Below are positions 52,863 through 64,000 of a stretch of DNA of 64,000 nucleotides, piece after piece (the stretch's first letter is position 1; every line of letters starts with the position of its first letter). Source of the DNA: Octopus vulgaris (lineage: Eukaryota). The notes beneath the pieces were generated by a model that saw only the letters and a program-made list of their open reading frames with translations, did no database searches and was not told where the DNA came from. A program made the translations under genes and the position numbers. Location: NCBI GenBank assembly GCA_951406725.2, contig OX597822.1:15872001-15936000 (forward strand). Direction: 5' to 3'.

Positions 52863-53722
52863 CGAGATCTGATCGATAAGTATCCGGACTGTTGCCATAG
52901 TAACAAAGCTGAAGCACGCAGAGTAAAGACGCTTGGCACAAGTTGACCTTCACCTCTGCTGTGCATGTACACTAAGTTCTAACGTCCTACCTCACTTCCC
53001 CTGTTTACAGCATTGATTGGACGCAACGTGTGTGACGTGTGTTTGTCGCACTGACCATGACAGAAAACGTTGTCATGGCGATACCTGCTCAGAGGCCTAC
53101 GCAAAGTTGCAGAAAGTGTATGAAGTGGTGTGTATAAGTTCCAACAGAATTACATGAATGGTTCAGACGTTTCCCAGATGGCCGAAAAAATGTCAGTAGT
53201 GAGGAATGTTCTTGGAGACCTGCGACCAGCAGAACTGAGAAAAATATCGCTGATGTGCGTGTAACTGTGAAAGGCAATCGTCGAATCACTACCCGTGAGT
53301 TATCAGAGGATGTGCAGATTAGTTAAGGTTCAGTTCACTCCATTATCTTTAATGATTTGGGCATGAGACGCGTGTCTGCCAAGTTTGTGCCAAAACTACA
53401 TTCAGCTGACCAAAGAGACACTCGGATTTCAGTTGCACAAGATCCTGATTGTGTCGAGAACGATGGAAACTTTTTGACAACTTTTCATAGGCCTCTGAGC
53501 AGGAATCGTCAAGCTTTTGGCAAACTTTGATGCAGATTCTCTACTCAGCTTTCTCCTTCATGGCCAAGGCGACGATCACATGCTACACATGTTAATTCCA
53601 AGCACTGCTGTAAACAACAAAAGTTAGCTGGAACGTTAAAACTTTGTGCAAATGCACAGCAGAGTTCATGCTTTAGTTTCGTTACTATGGCAACAGTCCG
53701 GATACCTATTGATCAGACCACG
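52863..53722 (+). mobile_element. Non-autonomous mariner derivative with ~250-bp inverted arms and TA TSD, copy 2
   Basis: TA|cgagatctgatcgataagtatccggactgttgccatagtaac ... gttactatggcaacagtccggatacctattgatcagaccacg|TA; HTH and RVSAKFVPK only. Confidence 0.9.
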
Positions 53723-53904
53723 TACATATCAATTCACCCATCCCTAAAAGCACAGAAAAATATATCTAGCTAGCTTCACTTTTGAACTATTTTACATCTT
53801 TTCAACAGACACTCATTATATCAATATGCAGGCGTGTGTGTATGTGTGCATTTGTATCCGTATGCGTTATGTTCGTATGCTTTTGTGTTCGTATCCGAGC
53901 ATTC

Positions 53905-53965
53905 AACGTTGTTTCATATTATTTAACGTTGTTTCATATTATTTAACGTTGTTTCATATTATTTA
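53905..53965. repeat. Perfect 3x 20-bp tandem repeat aacgttgtttcatattattt
   Basis: Direct reading. Confidence 0.95.
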
Positions 53966-54371
53966 GACAGTAAAATACAAGATGATGTCACGTCATGTGA
54001 TATGTGATGTCACCTCCATTGATAACATTTTTATATTTGATATCACATTGACATTTCACAATGACACAGATTTTTCCAGTCGTGTGAATTCTACAGAATT
54101 TCATTTTCAATTTCGAATGTACAAGAACATTTATACCAAAAGGGTTTTCTGTTCTTAAACTTAAATTGCAACGCTTCTATTATAATGCAAGATAACACGG
54201 GATCTCAAATGATACTCCCAATCTTTATTCATTGAGTGCCGAGTCGTAGTTTTCTTCCGATTCTCTTTAAATAATATGTTTTCGTTTGTTTTACTTTAAA
54301 ATGTATTTTATTTCAAACTGGTATGCAACAGAGCACTACTTATTTATTTCATTTCAGTCATTTATTTTCTA

Positions 54372-54529
54372 TGTGGACATTCCCCTGTCTCCAGTTTCTG
54401 AAGAAGAGCTTTACTCGAAACGTAAAACACCCTTTCTTTCCTTCCCTGTGCGTCTTATTAATACTTTGAAAGCTCCCCGTACTCGCGTTGAAGGATTTTT
54501 ATGTCTTTTTTCTCCGTCTTTTTTATTAC

Positions 54530-54530
<1 letters not shown>
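54372..54530 (+). mobile_element. Short hammerhead-bearing element ending in (TA)n
   Basis: Homologous to the reverse complement of 17992-18152. Confidence 0.8.
54394..54428 (+). ncRNA. Minimal type-I hammerhead motif with intact core
   Basis: GTTT CTGAAGA A GAG CTTTA CTC GAAA C GTA AAAC; predicted cleavage after A54424. Confidence 0.75.
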
Positions 54531-54586
<56 letters not shown>

Positions 54587-54587
54587 T

Positions 54588-54750
54588 GTGTGTGTTGCTG
54601 TGTGGTAAGAAGATTGTTTCTCAAGCAAGCACATGAACTCAGGTTCAGTCCCATTGCGTGGCACTTTGGGAAAGTCTTCTGCCATAGTTTCGGGCCGACG
54701 AAAGCCATTTCTGTGGATTTGATAGATAGAAACTGAAAGAAACCCATAGT
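54588..54750 (+). mobile_element. SINE family A 5' half
   Basis: gctgtgtggtaag..ggttcagtcccattgcgtggcac..gaaactgaaagaaaccc. Confidence 0.8.
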
Positions 54751-55124
54751 GTGATGTTTAATGAAGAGGGTAACATGCGACAAATTTGAATTAAATCTAT
54801 TTTTTAAATTAATTTATATAATTTGTACATTAAACACCAAAGTAGTGCATTATTAACCACTATAATTCTAAATAAACGTTTATTCATCTCACCCGCTTTA
54901 CAGTTGTTTCGCATCAAGGCAAAATTTTGATGTTTATATTTGAACATCTATATTCAAGATGTATGGCAATTAGTTTCGCTATCTTCCCCCCTCTCTCTCT
55001 CTGTCAATTTATATACATATGTGCAGCCTCGGATAAAAAAGCATGATGAATTGTGGATAGAAAGCATAGCTTTTTCTTTCCTTCTAACTTTTTGGAATAT
55101 GTGTCTGTGTGTGTGAGTGGGTGA

Positions 55125-55348
55125 GTGAGTATGAGGCTATTTGTATGTATATGTTTGTCCCCCCCCCCATCACTTGACAACTGATGTTGGTGTGTTTACG
55201 TTCCTGTAACTTAGCGGCTCGGCAGAAGAGACTGACATAATAAATTCTAGGCTTACAAAGAATAAGTAATGGGTTCGATTTGTTCGGCTAAAGTCGGTGC
55301 TCCAGCATGACAGCAGTCAAATGTCTGAAACATGTAAAAGAATAAAAG
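55125..55348 (+). mobile_element. SINE family A 3' half
   Basis: gtaacttagcggctcggc..ggtgctccagcatg..gtaaaagaataaaag. Confidence 0.8.
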
Positions 55349-56808
55349 CACACACATGCACACACACACACACACACATGCACACACACACACACACATG
55401 CACACACACAAACACAAATTTATTTATTGTATCTCGATATAACACCCTATTATTCTTATTCAAACCCTGATTGACCCGGGTGCTTTGATTTAAGAAATCG
55501 AATTTTTACAATGCCTCGTTATATATATTTGCAGAATATGAATAAACAAGGAAATCATTGTGCTTATATTGTTCTTCGTCTATTATCCATGACCTCTTCA
55601 TCGAAGAATTCACTAATTACATTACCGATACTTTCAGTGCGACAATTATAACGTGCTTGGTGTGTTACAGTTTAAAACTGGTAACATAATGGCGGGGCAC
55701 AACTGTGCCAGGACGCTTTCAGTAGCAACTTTACGAATATAATTTGATTGACTAGCCTCATTATATATAAAAACAAAAATAGAAGCAGAAGAAAAGAAAA
55801 TATGATCTGGTAGAATCCCTTGTTTAAAACGTATTATATAGAATATATCGTTCAACATTTTCTCCTCGTCGCAAGTGGATTCTATATTTTTGTTTTATTT
55901 CTGAATGTCCGCCTGTTCCTTTCACTCTGTACGCCACACACAATCTTTTTTCCTTTACATTCCTCTCTTTCAGTGGACCCTTCGAAGCTATTGTAGAAGA
56001 CAATTTTTCGAGGTCGAAACCGGCGACCATATAGGCACTCTTGCGCCTACATTTTCTTTCATCAAGAGTCCCAAGCATGCATATATAAAGAGAAATACAT
56101 ACAACACATTTTAGAGAGATACGAATGGATGTTAACAGGTAAAGTAACAGTAGAACTACATAATGCGATACCACTGCAACCTCTTACATTCCAGTCTCGT
56201 ATTACTAAATCATAGTTCCCCTTATACCACAATACACTTTTCAGTTTTTAATTCCATGCTAGTGAATGATATTAGTTCTGTCTTTGCAAGTTGGTGAATT
56301 TGTTACTATGTTCTGATTGGCATTTTTAATGATTTAAACGATCACAAAGCTTTTCATTCATATGCAAGATAGGTAGAAATCTCGTCTATCTTATGCTGCA
56401 GCGTGAATTTTTTTATAATTATATTCGAAACAATTTCCACTAATTTATAATCATTTACATCTGCTTCGTGAGCGAAGCACAAAAGGTCCTAGACAAAGCC
56501 AAGCGAGGTTCCATCCACTGGCACGAACACTGAAGAAGAAATTACCATTATTTTGATCGCTCAAGATATCAGTGAGTCGGTTCCATGGAAATTTATGTAA
56601 AAACACGAAACGGAACAAAATGACATATAAGCTAGTAAATATACAAATAGCTGGAAACGTAGATCATATGGCAAAGAATGGAATATAATGCGGTGATTAA
56701 TATTCTGGAGAGACATACCTAGCGATCAAACGAGTCTATATTCGTGATGTACAACATGTTAGGTGCCTTCATGTCCATATTTTGCGTGTATATACAAGAG
56801 TGTATGCA

Positions 56809-56861
<53 letters not shown>

Positions 56862-57371
56862 AGGGAGAATGAGTGTTTTACATAAACCTACATATATACA
56901 CACCAGACATACAGAAACGCTCGCATACCTATTTATCTACCTATTTACACACACACACAACCAGCCACCCAAACACGCCACACAAATACACACACACACA
57001 CACACATACACACACACATACACATATATATATACATCGGTAATATTATGGAAATATCTAGCATGACTTCACTAAGAATATTTACTTGAAATGATGTATT
57101 AGGCAGTAACGTTTATACGAGTGGATTCCAATAGACTCGTGATGATAATCTTCAAATCAAAGTTACATGGCAATTACATCCTGTTGCGATTTCGCATGAA
57201 AGAGGTGTGAGAAATTATTCACATTTGAAGTAGATGGATTTCGTAAACTAAGTCCATTGCAGGTCAGGAAACATTATGTAAATCTAAGCAAAACAGAAGT
57301 GATGTTACGTTGTGCTGGACATGCAAAAAATATATGTAATGCATTTCTCACATAGAAAAAGCAAAATATTG

Positions 57372-57530
57372 ATTTCAAATTTGGCACAAGGCCAGCAGTT
57401 TCGGGGAGTAGCTAAGTCGATTGCATCGAACCCAGTGTTCAACTAGTATTTATTTTATTGATGAAATGCAAAACCAACCTCGGCGATATTTGAGCTCAGA
57501 ACGTAATGACGGACGAAAAACTGCCGGATA
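57372..57530 (-). mobile_element. Decayed SINE family C copy (tail 2)
   Basis: ggcacaaggcc..aagtcgattgcatcgaacccagtg..ctcagaacgta. Confidence 0.7.
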
Positions 57531-59427
57531 TTGATCAGACAGAAATTAATGAGCTTAAATGAATATGATAGACCTTCTCAAGATGGCTGATTATAAGACG
57601 TATTTGAAACCGTTGCAGATAATAAATGTTAATGATTACGCTATCAGGTACTACTTTGGAACATAAAGGTGTTGAAGTTGAAAAAAGCTCGACGGCACAT
57701 ATATTGATTGCCCTTAAATATAGTATCCATATCCCTTTTCCTGGTTCAAATCCTGTTCTTATTTTATTTATATCGCGACAAAAGGTCGAACAAAAATTTG
57801 TATCGGTTGTGGGTGAAGTCTTCAAGAATAATTTCAAGGTTTCAAGTTTACATTAAGTATTTCAAGATTCATTCTACAGAGTATTTCTTGAAATACTTTT
57901 GCAGTCTTTTGTAGATTTGATTTCGTCATGCAATTTCTAACATAATGACTTACATAATTCTTCTCCTGCGTGATTACACAGAATGAGATTATTGCTGTAA
58001 ACCATGAAATAGATAGATTTTGCAGCGCTATAAAATTGCATATGGCATAATTCGTCATTCCCGAGCAATGGAATATGAAAAGATGAAAAGAATATCATAA
58101 AACATGAGAAAATTGATATAAAAAAATATAATTAAGCAAGAAACACTATTTAGAATACTAGTGAATATCTACAAAAGATTTTAGCGAGCAACAACCCATA
58201 TACATTGAACACCCTTATTGATATTATTTATAATGGTAGAAAATGGATTGTTTTAGATATTATAATGATTGTTTCAAGCAATACAAATACCTTCATTTGC
58301 AATGACAGTGAAATTTGCACCAAAAAGTGAATGATGCTGAATGTATTTCGTGCAATGGGTCATAAAGTCTTCCGTAGCTCTTTGAATAAATTTTCATAGA
58401 CTAAAAATAAATAACATATTTAATGAAAATAACGGGATGCAATTGCCATAAAGTTATGGCAGAGGAATGCTACAGGTTGTAATAGCTGGGTTACTCAATT
58501 GCAGAGAAGACTCTCAAACAGACTCCGCCAGCCACATTCATTGGTCGGTTCGGAGTTATAGTACAAAACACTCAACTATACTATCGTGCAGGGGTACTTA
58601 GCACGAGTCCACATGATTGAGAATCGAACTTCACACCCCTACAGTAATACTCATGCCTGGTGTATGTAAATAAACAAAATAATGAGAAAATATTTTTTAG
58701 CATCCATTTGCCAGACTTTCAACTGTTTCAGTCTACTTGGAGCCTTTTCTGTGTTATTTGTCATGATTTCGGAAGCCTGCCATTTTGCTTTTATATCCGT
58801 TCGTCTGTCACTCGGCGTAGTATTGAAGTGTCGTATTTTGGGGATCCCACGATATATATATGACATTTTAGGTACTGAGTGACCCTCTCAAATATTTAGT
58901 AATATAGAAGCATAGAAATTTGATCGAATTTCTCCCCGACTCGGACGGTAACGTGGCTTTTTGATGGTACCACATAACTGTAACGTTTGAATTGTTGTTG
59001 TTTGCTTTGGTGTTGTTCATCTTTCAATTTGTTATTTATTTATTGTAAGAGTGTGTTCTGTTGTTTGAGATCACTTTAAAACATGTGATCCTTAAATGTT
59101 TTTCGTGGCTAAAATGAAATATCGGAGAATTGTTCTCTCCGTTACTAGTTAACGCATAAAGCGCTGAAATTTGCACTAATATAACATGGACTGCTGAGCA
59201 CATTTTATGAAATGAGACTACTACGCAATTGTAAAAAACACAAAAAAATAGTTAAAATATCTTCTTAGTATATAATGGTGGCAAGTTTTACATCGTCTGA
59301 AAAGTCATTAGTTGAACTATTTGTCCTCTTGCATTCTAGGGTGTATCGGAGCGTTTCACTGACATTAGATTCCAACAAAGACCCATAAAGTAAATGCATC
59401 AATCTGGGCCACTATCGTGGCCTGTCC

Positions 59428-60076
59428 TTGTCAATAAGTATACAACAGAAGAAACGCACGGCTAATGATGACGGCAGCGACTGCTGTGGGATTCCGTAGA
59501 GGCTCCCTTCTTGTGTCGCATTACGTTTTCTGACGGCCATGATTATTGCCCGTCGCGCTTTATGCATTGACAATCTTTCGTCTGAGGTCATTTTTATGGA
59601 ATGGAAGTAAGATATGTCTTCATATAATTGACCGTGCCCCATAGCATATGGGACAAGGCCAATGGTATTAGATGTAATAGTATTAAATATATATTAATGC
59701 ACATAAACTTATTTAAACTAATGATTATTCTTGCATGGATAACTACAACAGTAGTTCTTCATGTTGTTCAACATGAAACCGAGCTTCAGTTATTTCCATA
59801 TTTTCATGGATCGTTCTATTCAGCAGTCGCTGCCGTCATCATTAGCAGTGCGTTTCTTCTGTGGTATACTTATTGACAATGTCGTCCCTCGTTAGCTTTC
59901 ATTGAATACACAATGATAAAATACTTTCTAATCGTAATTATTCCATTGTTGACCTACTATCTAAGTAATTATCCTTTTCAAGTCCGTTTTAGTGATTATT
60001 TGAGGAGGATTTGACTGCAATCTCCAAAAGTATGTGAGATTCCGTAGAGGCTCCCTTCTTGTGTCGCATTACGTTT
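59428..60076. repeat. Local mosaic duplication: 59428-59486 inverted at 59821-59879; 59485-59528 direct at 60033-60076
   Basis: 59-bp inverted match (2 mismatches) abutting a 44-bp direct match (1 mismatch). Confidence 0.9.
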
Positions 60077-60804
60077 CTTTTCACTTGCATAGCATTTTCA
60101 ACTCGGCCGTTTTCATTGTTGCTTTCATTAAAAATCATAGTTAGTTTCATGTTTTGTAAAGGCGTTTCATTAATATTTACAGTATTATCCATGCTCGTGC
60201 TGTTGACAGTTTTACTATTAATGTTATAATAATTGTTGTTTATGCAGTTGTTTATAATAAAGAAAGTATATGCATTTTCACTCCTCTCGTTGTCTGCCTG
60301 TATTACAGTAATCACCCGTTGCCGTCATCGCCAACGATGTCATGGAATTAAACCATTTTTTACTAAGATTATTGAAAAATAAAACCTGAACGTTATTCCT
60401 TCCCTTAAATCTCTCACGATTTCTGAAAATAAATAAGTACAATAAATCTAATTAGCGTTTGATACAAAATATTGCAGAGTTCTGTTGCTGCGGAGCTACT
60501 TTAAGACAAGTCGTTATGCCATAAAACCGTTACCATAATACCTAACATCACCGAGCTAATAACTGAACAACTTTGTGGCATTTCTATATATTAGAAGCGG
60601 CAGTGAAATCCCCTCTAAATCAGGTTCTAACATTTAAGAAAAGTCTTTATTGCATGGCAATATCCTACGTACACTATTCTAAAAAAGTTGTGCTGTAAAC
60701 CGAGAATATCTTTCATTATACACCTGAATAAAGAGTTCCAATCAACGGTTATGAATTTAAAATAACTTCCATCACTAAAACATAATAACAGCAATACCAA
60801 TAAT

Positions 60805-60955
60805 AATGGTTACAAACATTCTCACCGTTGGGAAATCGGCTACCAGAGACCCCAGTGCTTAATTAGTAGTAATTTGCACTCAGAACGTAAAAATGGACGA
60901 AACACAGCTATGCATTTTGTCCGACGTGCTAACGTTTCGACCGGCTTGCCGCCTT
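60805..60955 (-). mobile_element. Decayed SINE family C copy
   Basis: ctcagaacgtaa..gacgaaa..cgtgctaacgtttc..gccgcc. Confidence 0.65.
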
Positions 60956-61848
60956 CTCAATACTACTACTGATAATAATAATAACAATAAATGCATTCAA
61001 TATCGCATCTAAGCTGATTAACAATTGATAACTGAATTAATTCCTTTGAAATAGCCATTATTCAACAATAAAATGTTCGTTAATAGATGATATTCAATTG
61101 TAAAACAGTCGAAGCTTGGTTTGTAGTATTTGTCTCTATAAATATGTGTCGTCTTCTTTTAACATATCGATCTTATGTAAATCTTACTAAAGTGACAGAA
61201 ATGCATTAATAAATCTTTCTATATCCATATGCATTAAATATAAACAATAAATGGGACGTCTAACCTTCTCTTATGAATAATTGATAATTTACTCATTAAT
61301 TTCTTGGTTTGAGTGGGTATAAGTAAATTAATCTTACTGTTGAAATACACATGATCGATTTTTACATTTATTCTTTGGTAATACCATCAATATACCACAT
61401 AAAGTACGTTTTAGCTCTTGAAGTAATATTTTTATAAGATACTTTTAAAAGATGCTTTTATAACAAATATTAACGAATATAAGTTAAATGTGAAGAAGTC
61501 AATGGGGATTGTGAATTATAAATTACATAAACGGGAAACATTTAAAAATGAAAAAAAACAAACAAAACAAATATTACTTTCCGTTCCCTTATGTTATAGA
61601 TTGATATTATGTGGGAGTGTTAGATTTCCTTGTTCGAAAATGTAAGGACACAGATCGTGTCTTATGGCCAGCTGGAGACGATGTCTCCTGGAGCTAAATT
61701 ACAGCAACATTCGTTCTAAACCAGGACTGCCATATTATATTGGCAAATAATTTTTACTACAAAGTACAATTGCTGAATATCTCTCGTCGTGAGATTTAAA
61801 GATCGTAATTTTCTGATATTATGTTGTTTCTATTTTTTGTATGGATTT

Positions 61849-61900
<52 letters not shown>

Positions 61901-62294
61901 AGGCAGAAATAGAGGTATAACGTATGAGATCGAATTCAATACACAACGGGTAATCCTGTTATCAAGCTCCGGATGACAAAGAGGTGAAATCAAACCCATG
62001 ATGAATTTGAAGTCTGAATGTAGACAGTCGGAAGTAACTCTTCTTTGAGAGACAGATCGCAGATCTTGTGCCATTCTACAGAGCTTAATGTAAGTCAAGA
62101 CACGTCATTAGCTTTTCACTTCTAACTCGTCTCTCATGTTTAATCTTTCATTTTTACCATACTGTCTAGCCAGAGAAATTCTTAACAATGAGGGATTACA
62201 TAGTAAAATTGACAATCTGGAAATTACTAGAATAAGAATATTCTAGTAATTTTTTCACAATCTTAAAGGCATTAGTGGCGTAAAGCACGTGACA

Positions 62295-62482
62295 TATTGA
62301 CTTCAAATTTTGGAGAGACATTAAGTCTATTACATCATCGCCGTTGTTCAACTGGCACTAATTCTATCGACTCCAGAAGGATAAAAGACAAATCTGACAC
62401 CGGTGGAATTTGAACGCATAAACTCCGACGAACTTATACTTAGAATGTTACCCGGTGTGCTAACGATTCTGCTAACGATTCT
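62295..62482 (-). mobile_element. Decayed SINE family C copy
   Basis: aagtctattacatc..gaaggataaaag..ggaatttgaac..gtgctaacgattctg. Confidence 0.6.
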
Positions 62483-64000
62483 GTCTTAAGTCAATTGAAA
62501 TATTGACAACTTAAAACAGAACCTGAATCCCTGACTCACTGGCTCACTTGGACTGTAAAATAACATTTACTTAAGGGCTACTCAAAGGTCAGGCATATTT
62601 GTAATGATTTCGACTATTGTGTCATCTGCATTTCATTCTGGAAATCAACTATAAAAGCATAATATTGATATAGTTTCATTGAAACAGAAATACCGCAACC
62701 AAACATTTCACTTCAAAGGTAATAAAACGGCATTTGATTCTAAAGCCTTGAATACTAAGCAAACACCATAATTCAAACGGTAATTTTTGGGGCGTGGAGA
62801 CTTTTAACGTCATTGGTTTGGAAAGTTTAATATCGTTTCAATAATAAATATTGAATTTAAATTCTACGAATATTATCAATTAGTAATAATGTATGCTTTC
62901 CAAAATAATTCATGCTTATACGTGACTATCACATTTATTTTCATTCATGTCTGTGTAAGGCAAATATCAATTTGGTGGGAGAAGAAACAAAGCATCGAAT
63001 TCATTGAAACACGAGTTTGATTTGCAAATGACTGAAGTTATACAAAAATATCTGAAAATTTATTTAAATGTTGATTTAATTCCTTCGATAATAACAAGAA
63101 AACTGGTAAAGTCGAAGTGTATGGAACTAGAAAAATTATATTATATAATATACTTCATAATGTATAATATATGTTATGTAGTTTGTGGGCGTAGAGATGT
63201 TAGCTTGTGGAGTTGTTTGGTAATTCTATTTTTTTGATTCAAAGAAATATGTCAACATGGTACAAGTTATATAACGAGTGTCAGTGTAATAAATTCAACA
63301 TTTTCATACCAAAATATTAAGCAACACTTGCCAACACAAAAAATAACTCATTTATTTGGATTTATTTCCACTCTAACATCAGTAAATCTTCCAGCAAGAT
63401 TTTCACAAGAAAAAATGCATATTCGTCTTCTTCCCCATTTACGTAACATTCCGAAACATCAGAATGTATTCTCACAAAAGGAATATATCAAGAATGAACT
63501 CATCGAAAAATATCATTTTTATTAAACAAGTTCTACATTTCCAACCGTATATACTTTTTTATTTCTTTACCCATCGTAGTTTTCATGGTTTCCTACATTC
63601 TAATGTATTACTGTGTAGCAATATTAGTAACACGTTCCAGCATGTGATTCAAAGCAGCTTTTACTAGCAGATGACTAACAAGATATTGTGCGTATTGAGT
63701 ACTACGTAAAACATTACTTTTGTAGATCCATGCTGTTTTATTATCTACTTTTGTAGATCCATGCGTACGTGTGCATACACACACACATATTTATACGTGC
63801 ATACATGCGTACATACATACACGTATTTACATAAATTTTGTACTCACAAGCGCACATAAATATGAGCACACATGTATTTTTATATATATAAATGCACGTG
63901 TATGTGTGTGTGTGTGTGTGTGAGAGTGAATGAGTGGGTATGTGAGTGCGTTCCTGTGTACGGGTACACATAACACGAAATGCATATTAATGCATATATT

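Noticed and set aside
53905-53965. CRISPR-like array
   Set aside because: Head-to-tail 20-mers without spacers, eukaryotic context, no cas genes.
59412-59642. Pipsqueak-type HTH (AIIMAVRK..LYGIPQQSL)
   Set aside because: The reading spans the junction of the mosaic duplication, so it is probably fortuitous.

Overview
AT-rich, microsatellite-dense eukaryotic non-coding DNA (intergenic or a large intron). The repeat landscape suggests a mollusc, probably an octopod (inference only). I found no intact host gene, rRNA, true tRNA or CRISPR array, and most ORFs in the track are microsatellite artefacts. The window holds decayed Tc1/mariner transposons, two Helitrons, Tx1-like, R4/Dong-like and RTE LINE fragments, Penelope-like element (PLE) remnants and at least three tRNA-derived SINE families. 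The most striking signal is a set of short non-coding elements whose 3' ends abut (TA)n. Many carry a minimal type-I hammerhead ribozyme motif roughly 100-150 nt from the 3' end, some with a covarying 3-8 core pair. Four occur as asymmetric tail-out palindromes, and one has a 12-bp target-site duplication at ATATAT. Other highlights: an ORF1-only element that shares its 3' tail with a SINE and a Tx1-like LINE, a four-layer nested insertion, a foldback plus TTAGGG repair scar, and mariner derivatives with long inverted arms. All calls were made by eye and boundaries are approximate.
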